A stretch of DNA of 42,262 bases from a bacterium (GTDB lineage: Bacteria; Hydrothermota; 32-111), in the NCBI GenBank assembly GCA_046484245.1, contig JAWOBN010000068.1:1-42262 (forward strand), read 5' to 3'. The position numbers and the translations under genes were made by a program. Under the pieces are notes generated by a model. The model saw nothing but the letters and a program-made list of their open reading frames with translations. It was not told the DNA's origin and made no database searches. Below, in pieces: positions 24,119 through 32,609 of the stretch. Position 1 is the first letter of the stretch; every line of letters begins with the position of its first letter.

Positions 24119-25310
24119 TTTTCACAAACCTTCTCTTGCCGACTCTGATAATATCATTTTCCCTGGGGGAATAGTCATAATGCATATCAGTTATCTTGTT
24201 GTCATTGATCTTTACAGCACCCTGTTTTATCATCCTGCGCGACTGTGAATTGGAGTCAGTCAGATCAAGGTCATTGAGCAGTTTCAGTATGGGGTATGTC
24301 TTGTCCTTATCAAGATTGATTTCGGGTATATTGTCTGGAATACCGCCCTTTTTGAATATACGGTTAAATTCCTCTTCTGCTCTATCCGCATCTGCCTCTG
24401 AGTGATACATCTCAATAATTGTCTTTGCCAGTTTGACCTTAAGATTCCTGGGATTCTCGCCACTGTCCAGACGCTCTTTGATAACCTCTATCTCCCGGGG
24501 ATCAAGATCTGTTGTCAAGCTGAAATATCTGATAATCAGTTCATCCGGTATGGACATTGTTCTGCCGAACATTTCCTTGGGGTCCTGAGTGATGCCGATA
24601 TAATTGCCGTAACTCTTGGACATTTTCAGTGTACCGTCTGTGCCTTCAAGAATTGGCATTGTAATGGTTACCTGGGGCTTTACACCATAATTCTCCTGAA
24701 CAGTCCTGCCCAGAAGCAGATTGAATTTCTGATCAGTACCGCCCAGTTCAATGTCAGCATTGACTGCCACTGAATCATATGCCTGAAACAGGGGATAGAG
24801 GAATTCGTGAATTGATATGGGCACGCCTTCCTTGAATCTGTTCTCAAAATAGTCCCTCTCAAGCATTCTTGCAACTGTGAAAGTTGAAGTAAGGCGGACA
24901 ATATCCTCAGGTGACATTTTCCCCAGCCACTCGCCATTGTATCTTATCTCTGTCTTTTCACGGTCCAGTATCTTGAAGACCTGCTTTTTATATGACTGCA
25001 TATTCTCTTTTATCTGTTCATCAGTGAGCTGAGGCCTTGTCTTATTTCTGCCTGTCGGATCACCTATCTTGCCCGTAAAGTCGCCTATGATAAGCACTGC
25101 AGTATGCCCCATGTCCTGAAACTCTTTGAGTTTTCTGAGGGGGATGGCAAATCCCAGATGTATGTCGGGACCTGATGCATCTATGCCGAGTTTGACCCTG
25201 AGGGGTCTATTATCTTTTTGGGCTTCCATGAGTTTTTCTCTCAAGCCCTCTTCGGGCAGTATATCCTCACACCCTCTCTCTAATATTTTTATCTGCTCTT
25301 CTAAATTCAC
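24111..25310 (-). CDS. tyrS: Tyrosine--tRNA ligase
   Basis: KLGID, IGDPTGR, YPLFQAYD, LGGTDQKFN, KMSKS, C-terminal S4 domain. Confidence 0.98.
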   Translation of the reverse strand: MNLEEQIKILERGCEDILPEEGLREKLMEAQKDNRPLRVKLGIDASGPDIHLGFAIPLRKLKEFQDMGHTAVLIIGDFTGKIGDPTGRNKTRPQLTDEQIKENMQSYKKQVFKILDREKTEIRYNGEWLGKMSPEDIVRLTSTFTVARMLERDYFENRFKEGVPISIHEFLYPLFQAYDSVAVNADIELGGTDQKFNLLLGRTVQENYGVKPQVTITMPILEGTDGTLKMSKSYGNYIGITQDPKEMFGRTMSIPDELIIRYFSLTTDLDPREIEVIKERLDSGENPRNLKVKLAKTIIEMYHSEADADRAEEEFNRIFKKGGIPDNIPEINLDKDKTYPILKLLNDLDLTDSNSQSRRMIKQGAVKINDNKITDMHYDYSPRENDIIRVGKRRFVKIV

Positions 25311-25329
25311 ATTTACTCCCGGAGAAAAA

Positions 25330-25402
25330 TGACGGCACAGGGACTCGAACCCCGGACAAGCGGATTATGATTCCGCTGCTCTACCGACTGAGCTATGCCG
25401 CC
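25330..25402 (-). tRNA. tRNA with CAT anticodon, most likely elongator tRNA-Met; CCA not encoded
   Basis: GGCGGCA TA GCTC AGTCGGTA GAGC A GCGGA ATCATAA TCCGC TTGTC CGGGG TTCGAGT CCCTG TGCCGTC A folds as a 73-nt cloverleaf. The paired G1-C72 argues against an initiator. Confidence 0.93.
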
Positions 25403-25408
25403 ATTTGA

Positions 25409-27199
25409 TTAATATCTGTAGTCCTTTATTTCAAATATATCTCTCAGTGCAATCTGCCAGGCATTTATAAACATCTGCTGCTTTTCATTTATAATCATAT
25501 TCCTGTATTTGTCAATAAGCTCCTCATTGTCCTCCAGATTCACCGGCTCAATTTCAATCAGTCTTAATATATAACCCTTTTCATAATCAGTGGAATAATT
25601 AATACTGTCTGTCTTTGCAGCCATTACAGCACCGTATAATTTGGAGATATCCTCTATATAGTCAATAGTATCATTTGCAGTGATCATGCCTGTTCTATTA
25701 TAGTCCAGATTATTGATAGATGCATATCTTCTAAGTGTCATACCGCTCTGGCTTATCTCATTCCTTATATTATTCAGCTGCATACTGCTTAGAACACGCT
25801 GCTTTTCGCGTATCATCCTGTTCTTTACCAGACCGGATATCTCCTCAAAAGCCGGAATACCCTCTTCCGTTTTTTCTGTAATAAGACATACAACAAAACT
25901 GTTGTCCATCTCAATAACCGGGCTTATACTGCCTTCCCTGGCATTTTCAATAAAATTGCAGACAGCATTGGCATATCCGCCCAGTTCAAATATATAGTCA
26001 TTTTCAGGATTAAAACTTGCTGTGGACTGCACCTCATATCCATGCTCTTCAGCAGCCTCACTGAAACCCATTTTCTTTGCATCCTTTACAAACGGTTCAA
26101 TAGAACCGTATATGGACTGGCTTGTCTCATATGACGGTTCTGTCTGAATAAGTATATGGGAAACATCAACACTGTCTCGGCGCTTATCATTAACTCTGAT
26201 AAGATGCCAGCCGAAGTCTGTCTTTACGGGTTTTGATAATTCACCCTCATTAAGGGTAAATGCCTTTTCCTCAAATGCCTCAACTGTCTCACCCCTCTTT
26301 ATATAACCGAGTGAGCCCTCATTCCGGGCTGACTGATAATCACCGGAGTAAAGCTCTGCTGCTTCCTCAAATGTATAATTGCCGCTTACTATATCCTCTC
26401 TGAGACCCTCAATATTCTCCTTTGCCATGAGAATGTCCTGGGGGGAGGGTTCTTTTTCAACAGTAATGTATTCAATTGCAGCCTTTGGTGTTCTGTAGAA
26501 CTGTTCCTTATTATTTCTGTAGAATGACTTTGCCTCATCATCCCCTGCATTGACCGGTTTGTCGTATGTATTGGGAATGACAACATATTCAAGACGGAAT
26601 TTATTCTCACTTATCTTTATTTTCCTGAGCATCTCATCAGAGGATACACTGATTCCGGAAATAATGTCTGACTGCAGTTTCATTGTGGGGAGCTGCTGTC
26701 TTATCTGCCTGTAGTATGCATTGAGCATCTGCTTATTGCCAGGATCGGATATTATTTGCTGATAGAGCTGGAGATCAAACTGACCGTCCTCAGTGTAGAA
26801 TCTCTCATCCTCGCGCACGGAGCGGGGAGGAACGTTCATTATAATGTCCACAATCTCATCTTCTGTGGTGAAGTAACCGTATTGGTCCTGAATCTTCCCC
26901 AGAATGATATTATCAACAATATCACCGAAAGCCTGTTCCCTGATCATTCTCTCCTCTCTCGTTGAGAGGGATGATTTATTCTCGCTTTCCAGATAATTCT
27001 GTCTTATCTCAGCTATCTTACTGCTGTACATCTGATTAGTGATCTTGATGCCTGCGACTTCGCCTACATACTGCTCATTATCACTAAAGCTGTTGCTGCT
27101 TGTAATATTCATACCCCATTGCAGGAATATAAATGCAACAAAGAAGAATATAACCACAATAAGAATTATCTTCATATTTTTACGTAATGCTGTCATCAT
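25409..27199 (-). CDS. Membrane-anchored peptidyl-prolyl isomerase/chaperone (PpiD/SurA-like)
   Basis: N-terminal anchor (LRKNMKIILIVVIFFFVAF), SurA-like N-domain (F..DGQFD...Y), parvulin domain FEEAAELYS.D...GSLG...PVKTDFGWHLI. Confidence 0.9.
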   Translation of the reverse strand: MMTALRKNMKIILIVVIFFFVAFIFLQWGMNITSSNSFSDNEQYVGEVAGIKITNQMYSSKIAEIRQNYLESENKSSLSTREERMIREQAFGDIVDNIILGKIQDQYGYFTTEDEIVDIIMNVPPRSVREDERFYTEDGQFDLQLYQQIISDPGNKQMLNAYYRQIRQQLPTMKLQSDIISGISVSSDEMLRKIKISENKFRLEYVVIPNTYDKPVNAGDDEAKSFYRNNKEQFYRTPKAAIEYITVEKEPSPQDILMAKENIEGLREDIVSGNYTFEEAAELYSGDYQSARNEGSLGYIKRGETVEAFEEKAFTLNEGELSKPVKTDFGWHLIRVNDKRRDSVDVSHILIQTEPSYETSQSIYGSIEPFVKDAKKMGFSEAAEEHGYEVQSTASFNPENDYIFELGGYANAVCNFIENAREGSISPVIEMDNSFVVCLITEKTEEGIPAFEEISGLVKNRMIREKQRVLSSMQLNNIRNEISQSGMTLRRYASINNLDYNRTGMITANDTIDYIEDISKLYGAVMAAKTDSINYSTDYEKGYILRLIEIEPVNLEDNEELIDKYRNMIINEKQQMFINAWQIALRDIFEIKDYRY

Positions 27200-27234
27200 A
27201 AAGCATACTCCTTTTGATTTGAAAATGTCTAAAA

Positions 27235-27263
27235 TTTATACCATATAATATTGTATTTTTCAA
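27235..27263 (-). promoter_or_regulatory. Sigma70 promoter for the ppiD-tRNA-tyrS-nadA unit
   Basis: Minus strand TTGAAA-N17-TATAAA with extended -10 TG; SD AAGGAG before ATG 27199. Confidence 0.55.
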
Positions 27264-27265
27264 GG

Positions 27266-27302
27266 GGAAAGAAAAAGGGGAAGTTCATTGGAACTTCCCC
27301 TT
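27266..27302 (-). terminator. Rho-independent terminator of the clostripain gene
   Basis: 12-bp stem AAGGGGAAGTTC/GAACTTCCCCTT (27275-27302) followed by a T-rich run on the minus strand. Confidence 0.85.
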
Positions 27303-27328
27303 ATTGTTTTACAGTCAATTACAGGCAG

Positions 27329-29083
27329 TCAGTTAAGAATCATATTCTCTCTGTCAATAACAATCAGCTTGAATATATCACTGTCTGCCTTAATAAAATA
27401 CATACCTTTATTGACATGTGAAAGATCATAGATACGGCTGTTTCCGCTGATTGGGATGTTCCTACCGTCAATACTGTACAGATGCACATTATTGACAAAA
27501 CCATCCACTATTAGACTGCTCTTCTTCACAATGGGTTTATCCTTTGAAATATGGAGAGTGCGCGAGAACAGCTCTGTTGACTCATTATCCTCAGTAAAGG
27601 CAGTAACAGTGTACTGATATGTACCCGGCTCATTGATGCGGTCTGTATATGTGCCGGAACGGAAATCCTTGAAAACAGCTCTGCTGTTTCTTGCAATTTC
27701 TATGCGTTTGTATGCACCGGTGAAATTATAATTGAACACAATGTTCCTGTTGTCTATGGATACAGATGCCTGTGCATTGCTTATTGCAGTGGAATAATTG
27801 GAGGGTTCTGTTGTGGTTGTCTGTCCGTAGATAAAATCTGTCCACTGCACTGCGTCTTGCCCTCCCCATGGGTGAGAATTGGCATCATAGGGCTGCTCAA
27901 AGTAATATATGTTATTATCATCCGGCAGATATATGCCGAGACCCTTGGATCCATTGAAACCGGACTGCATGTGTTCGGGATTCATCTCTTCAATTATTGT
28001 TTTTACTGCATTTGCCTCATTGACTGTATTGGCTCCAAATGCTGCTTTTGAATCCTTTGTATAATTTGTCAGTTCATTACAGAAATCCCAAAGGTCCTTG
28101 AAATCCTCATAAAATGTGCCGGAGGCCATAGGCAATGCATTGTCTATGCATTTCTGCACATCAGTATCATCCCTGCCTCCCTCTTCTGTAATAAGATAAT
28201 ATGCCATCCATACAATGTGATCCCTCAATTGAAGGAATCTTTCCTGAGAAATACCATTGTAATTCTCCACATCATTTATCACATTGTATGTCATTGTCAG
28301 ATTGGAACCACCGAAATTGAAATAATCCGTCACTATCTTTGAACCAAGTTCCGCATGAGAGTTTGGATTGCTTGTTGCCAGGGATGTGATGAAACTATCA
28401 TAGTACCACCCGTCAAACGGCTCATTGGCTTCAGATCCCACTATCATTTCAGCCATATCATACTCATCCCACAGCACTTCCATATATGCCATTACGCAGA
28501 GGTCATGACCGATGAAATAGAAGTCCTGCTTGATCTTGCTTCTTGCTCCCTCTATTGCTGCACGCCATTCGCCTGCACCTCCGGACATGAAATCACCGTC
28601 AGTATCATCACTGACACCGCCCTTGTCCGGTGAACCACTTTTACCCCAGCCTGCACCGTGATTCCAGATAATGAGTCCGTATTCATCAGATTTATAATTC
28701 CTTGCAGCCCAGTCAACAAAATCAATAAGTGTCTGCGGATCCGACATATTTAATTCTGTATTGGGTGAACCGGAAGCAGCTGATTCGTCAATCTGGTTAT
28801 TGCTGCCGTCTCCGCCGCCTGAGAGATGATAGTACCGGGTATCACTGTGATTGCCGTCATTATCATAATAACCGCCTTCACTGCCTATTCCGTCAACACA
28901 CAGTACTATGTCCAGATTGCTGGTCAGATTGCCGTAGGCATTCTCCATCTCGTCAATATCACTGACCATAGCGTCATTGAGATTATTGTCTCCGCATATG
29001 TATATCATCAGTGTAAATCCCTTGGCTGAAAGTAGAGTGAATGATATAACTGTTATTAATGTGAAAAGAATTATCTTTTTCAT
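27329..29083 (-). CDS. Secreted clostripain-family (C11) cysteine peptidase with T9SS-like C-terminal domain
   Basis: Signal peptide, MIYICGDNNL, DIDEME, ELNMSDPQTL..F..W, IIWNHGAGW (catalytic His), GHDLCVMA (catalytic Cys), VGSE; C-terminal LYSIDGR...GMYFIK. Confidence 0.88.
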   Translation of the reverse strand: MKKIILFTLITVISFTLLSAKGFTLMIYICGDNNLNDAMVSDIDEMENAYGNLTSNLDIVLCVDGIGSEGGYYDNDGNHSDTRYYHLSGGGDGSNNQIDESAASGSPNTELNMSDPQTLIDFVDWAARNYKSDEYGLIIWNHGAGWGKSGSPDKGGVSDDTDGDFMSGGAGEWRAAIEGARSKIKQDFYFIGHDLCVMAYMEVLWDEYDMAEMIVGSEANEPFDGWYYDSFITSLATSNPNSHAELGSKIVTDYFNFGGSNLTMTYNVINDVENYNGISQERFLQLRDHIVWMAYYLITEEGGRDDTDVQKCIDNALPMASGTFYEDFKDLWDFCNELTNYTKDSKAAFGANTVNEANAVKTIIEEMNPEHMQSGFNGSKGLGIYLPDDNNIYYFEQPYDANSHPWGGQDAVQWTDFIYGQTTTTEPSNYSTAISNAQASVSIDNRNIVFNYNFTGAYKRIEIARNSRAVFKDFRSGTYTDRINEPGTYQYTVTAFTEDNESTELFSRTLHISKDKPIVKKSSLIVDGFVNNVHLYSIDGRNIPISGNSRIYDLSHVNKGMYFIKADSDIFKLIVIDRENMILN

Positions 29084-29114
29084 TGTTCCCCCTATTTTAT
29101 ATTAATTATATACT

Positions 29115-29131
29115 AGCAAGAACTATTCCAA
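29115..29131 (-). promoter_or_regulatory. Sigma54 (-24/-12) promoter of the clostripain gene
   Basis: Minus strand TTGGAATAGTTCTTGCT is GG-N10-GC, about 30 nt upstream of the ATG. Confidence 0.65.
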
Positions 29132-29135
29132 GTTA

Positions 29136-29148
29136 AATCAACTGATTA
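29136..29148 (+). promoter_or_regulatory. IHF-like binding site
   Basis: AATCAACTGATTA matches WATCAANNNNTTR and lies just upstream of the sigma54 motif. Confidence 0.5.
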
Positions 29149-29170
29149 CAGATACTTAACATAGAGAATA

Positions 29171-29217
29171 ATTGAAAAATTGCACTTTTACCTATGTTAT
29201 GTGCAAAAATTGCACTT
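29171..29217. promoter_or_regulatory. Tandem operator/enhancer sites
   Basis: AAAAATTGCACTT repeated 30 bp apart (29175, 29205); the second copy belongs to the palindrome GTGCAA-AAA-TTGCAC. Confidence 0.6.
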
Positions 29218-29340
29218 GAGTGAGGTGATTGCCTGTTGATCATTCAACAGATTGCAGACCTGTTCTCCTTCATTATGGGATTGTTGATTTATAAAGCATA
29301 TAGGGGACAGGTTATGCCCTTTCAATGGACATACTACTCT

Positions 29341-29369
29341 TTGACAACAGGGGATTTTCAGTGTATAAT
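29341..29369 (+). promoter_or_regulatory. Perfect-consensus sigma70 promoter for the GAF-GGDEF operon
   Basis: TTGACA-N17-TATAAT with ATGs at 29374 and 29377 immediately after. Confidence 0.8.
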
Positions 29370-29376
29370 TTCAATG

Positions 29377-31398
29377 ATGAATTTAGATGAAAAAATGCTT
29401 ACTATTTTAAATGAAAGTGATGAGGACAAACTGCTGTCAGGCATAATTGATATATTCTATCAGTATCAGGTGGATGATTTTCTCATACTGTTCACTCCGG
29501 GTGATGATAATTTCTATATTTCCTCAAAGAGCAAGGACGGCAAGCTGGCAATTAATTCCAGTGAGCTGCAGTGGCAGAGGAATGCGATTGAGGAAAATGA
29601 CAATCTCTGGTATATTGAATCATTGCTCTATGACCTGAAGATAGGGGATGAAACTGTGCTGAGGGCAGGCAAGGATTATTATGTCTATACAAACAGTAAT
29701 GATAATGTATTTTTATTCGTTCACTACAGAGAGAAGGAATTCTCCAAATCAAGACACACGGAGATGATAGGTTTTGCCCATTATCTGGAATCCGTATTTG
29801 CCAAGATATATCTCAGCAAGAAGTCAAAGGTTCATCAGTCACTGCAGAGACGCCTTGAACTGATAAACAAGAAGACCGGCACACTGCAGAGATTGGCAAC
29901 ACTGCTGCAATCCACATTCCGTCTCAGCAGGGTCCTTGATATTATCAGCAGATACATATCGGAATCACTGGGCTTCAAGGTTGTACTCCTCTCTCTTTAT
30001 GATGAAGAGGAAAATGTATTCGTACGTTCTGCACAGTACGGTTTGGCGGATGATGTATTTGAGAATCTCAAGAAACAGAAAGTGCCGTTCAGCAGAGTTG
30101 ACAATCTCATGACTGAGGAGAACAGGATATCAAACTCATACTATATCAATCATGAGAAGCGGGACAGGTTCAGTGAAATTGATGACCTAACATACATGCT
30201 TCCTGATGAGAATCCGGAGGATTATGCCCACTGGCACCCGCAGGACATATTATTCATTCCGCTCTATTCAAAGGATAATAAGATACTCGGCATGATATCA
30301 GTGGATAAGCCGGAGAATAAGAATATACTGATAAAAGAGGCAATAGACATTCTGGAATCATTCGCACAGACAGCAGCACTTGCAATTGAGAATTCCAAAT
30401 TATTCAATAAGATGGATGAACTGATAAATAATCTGGAGAGGGTCAGCAATCTTTCATCAAAACTCACATCATATCTTGAATTGGATGCACTGCTTGAATT
30501 CCTCGTTAAGGAGATAAGGACGGAATTTGATTATTTCAATGTCTCAGTCTGGCTTCTCAACAGAGATGGAAGGCTTGAGCCGAGGGCATTCTCCGGTTAT
30601 GAGTCCGATTATCTTGATGAATATACATATGCAATCACAACAGGTGAGGGTATTACGGGATGGGTGGCTGAAAACGGCATGCCCGTGCTTTCAAAAGACA
30701 CCAATCAGGATCCCCGTTATCTGGGAAGGCGGGACATAACCCTCTCGGAGATCGCTGTTCCACTCAAGATATCCAATCATATCATAGGGGTCCTCAATGT
30801 GGAAAGAGAGGGCAAGGGTGCTCTTGACAACAATGATCTGAGGATTATCTCAATAATCGGCTCGCATCTCTCCACTGCAATAGACAATACATTCAAATAC
30901 GAGGAGACGGAGAAGCTTGCTGTCACTGACGGCATGACGGGGATGTACAATTACAGATATTTCATGAACCGCCTTAAAGAGGAGATGGAAAGATCCAAAC
31001 GTCTTGATATCCCCCTTTCACTGATTATGATAGACATTGATTTCTTTAAGGATATCAATGATAATTACGGTCATATTGTGGGAGATAAGATCATTAAGGA
31101 ACTGGCGGATCTGCTCAGGTCAATTGTGAGAAAGGGAGATATAGTGACAAGATACGGCGGGGATGAGTTTTTCATCATACTGCCGGGCTCCAGCAAAAAA
31201 TTCACTTTGAAGCTTGCTGAAAGAATACAAAAACATGTCAATGATTATGAATTCACCCAGAATATCAATATCACAGTATCTCTGGGCATGGTGTCTTATC
31301 CTGCGGATGCATCAACACTGGATTCACTGCTCAGATGGGTGGACAATGCCCTGTACTCTGCAAAGAAGAAAGGAAGAAACAGAGTGGAAGGGAGTTAA
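29377..31398 (+). CDS. GAF-GAF sensor diguanylate cyclase
   Basis: Two GAF domains (IPLYSK...LGMISVD...AALAIENSKL; GEGITGWVA...SEIAVPL...IGVLNVE), TDGMTG, DIDFFK.IND.YGH, RKGD I-site, GGDEF. Start revised from 29236 because the promoter lies inside the extension. Confidence 0.93.
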   Translation: MNLDEKMLTILNESDEDKLLSGIIDIFYQYQVDDFLILFTPGDDNFYISSKSKDGKLAINSSELQWQRNAIEENDNLWYIESLLYDLKIGDETVLRAGKDYYVYTNSNDNVFLFVHYREKEFSKSRHTEMIGFAHYLESVFAKIYLSKKSKVHQSLQRRLELINKKTGTLQRLATLLQSTFRLSRVLDIISRYISESLGFKVVLLSLYDEEENVFVRSAQYGLADDVFENLKKQKVPFSRVDNLMTEENRISNSYYINHEKRDRFSEIDDLTYMLPDENPEDYAHWHPQDILFIPLYSKDNKILGMISVDKPENKNILIKEAIDILESFAQTAALAIENSKLFNKMDELINNLERVSNLSSKLTSYLELDALLEFLVKEIRTEFDYFNVSVWLLNRDGRLEPRAFSGYESDYLDEYTYAITTGEGITGWVAENGMPVLSKDTNQDPRYLGRRDITLSEIAVPLKISNHIIGVLNVEREGKGALDNNDLRIISIIGSHLSTAIDNTFKYEETEKLAVTDGMTGMYNYRYFMNRLKEEMERSKRLDIPLSLIMIDIDFFKDINDNYGHIVGDKIIKELADLLRSIVRKGDIVTRYGGDEFFIILPGSSKKFTLKLAERIQKHVNDYEFTQNINITVSLGMVSYPADASTLDSLLRWVDNALYSAKKKGRNRVEGS

Positions 31399-32609
31399 TG
31401 AGAAATAAGAGCCCCTTTTTTCTGAAGACATACTTTCTGGTTGCACTGATCACTGTTGCTGTTGCTTCATTCCTCTATGTCCAGGATATTATTTTCAAAC
31501 TGGAAGAAACCTCAGTTATGCAGACACGCATATTTGCGAGATTTTCAAGCAATCTCACCTCAGACAAGGATATTGACAGGATTATATTTGAGGAGATCAT
31601 TCAGAAGATTAGATTCCCCATAGTGGTGACTGATGCAGAGGGCAATCCTGTCTCTTGGAGGAATATCGGCAAATTGGATGAATTATTTGCTGATGATCTG
31701 ACAAAAGAGGATGTTATTGAGCTGAACAGGATAATTGACAGGCTTGACAGGGAAAATAAACCGCTTGAGATTACTTATAATGAGAAGCTTCTGGCAAAAG
31801 TGCATTATGGTCAGGACTCCCTGTACAAACGCATACAGTTTGCCCCGTTCTTCCAGATGATAGTTTCCGTATTATTCCTTGTAATAGGTATTTACGGTTA
31901 CATGCTTTACAGGAAAAGCAGTGAGAACTTTATCTGGGCAGGACTTGCAAAGGAAACAGCTCATCAGATAGGCACGCCGCTGTCTTCACTCAACGGGTGG
32001 CTGGAGATACTGAAAGGGAAGAATGTTGACAGTGAAATACTGTCAGGCATTGAATCGGATATTGACAGGCTTAATATTATTGCATCGCGTTTCAATAAGA
32101 TAGGTTCGCCACTGACACTGGAGCTTGTTGATATCAATGAGCAGATAGAGGGAGTAATAGATTATTTCAGAAAGAGGGCGCCGTCGCGCGGTGCAAGGAA
32201 AGTGGGGTTTGAGTTTGAGAGATGTGATGAATGCCTTGTGCCTGCTGACAGGGAACTGCTTAAATGGTCACTGGAAAATTTAATAAAGAACAGTATTGAT
32301 GCACTCAAAGACAGGGAAAACGGCAGGATTGACATATCAACAGTCAAAGAGAAGAACAGGGCTTTCATAACAATAAAGGACAATGGCAAGGGTATTGAAC
32401 GTAAAGATGCGGAGAGGATATTCAATGCAGGTTTCTCAACAAAGCAGCACGGATGGGGCATAGGCCTTCCGCTGACAAAGAAGATCATAGAGGAGTTCCA
32501 TCAGGGTAAACTCAGGCTGGACTATACAATGAAGAGCAGGGGGACATCCTTTCTGATTGAACTTCCCTTAAGGAGTATTGATGAAAAGAAGGATTCTCTG
32601 GATAGATGA
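31398..32609 (+). CDS. Membrane sensor histidine kinase
   Basis: Two TM segments, H-box AKETAHQIGTPLSSL, N-box ENLIKNSIDA, G-boxes DNGKG and GWGIGL. ATG overlaps the upstream TAA. Confidence 0.93.
   Translation: MRNKSPFFLKTYFLVALITVAVASFLYVQDIIFKLEETSVMQTRIFARFSSNLTSDKDIDRIIFEEIIQKIRFPIVVTDAEGNPVSWRNIGKLDELFADDLTKEDVIELNRIIDRLDRENKPLEITYNEKLLAKVHYGQDSLYKRIQFAPFFQMIVSVLFLVIGIYGYMLYRKSSENFIWAGLAKETAHQIGTPLSSLNGWLEILKGKNVDSEILSGIESDIDRLNIIASRFNKIGSPLTLELVDINEQIEGVIDYFRKRAPSRGARKVGFEFERCDECLVPADRELLKWSLENLIKNSIDALKDRENGRIDISTVKEKNRAFITIKDNGKGIERKDAERIFNAGFSTKQHGWGIGLPLTKKIIEEFHQGKLRLDYTMKSRGTSFLIELPLRSIDEKKDSLDR

Noticed and set aside
25330..25402. tRNA as an integration site for a genomic island
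   Set aside because: No integrase, no duplicated tRNA 3' end noticed, and both flanks are housekeeping genes.
29236..29376. N-terminal extension of the GAF-GGDEF ORF in the ORF track
   Set aside because: It contains a perfect sigma70 promoter, so the real start is most likely 29377 (or 29374).
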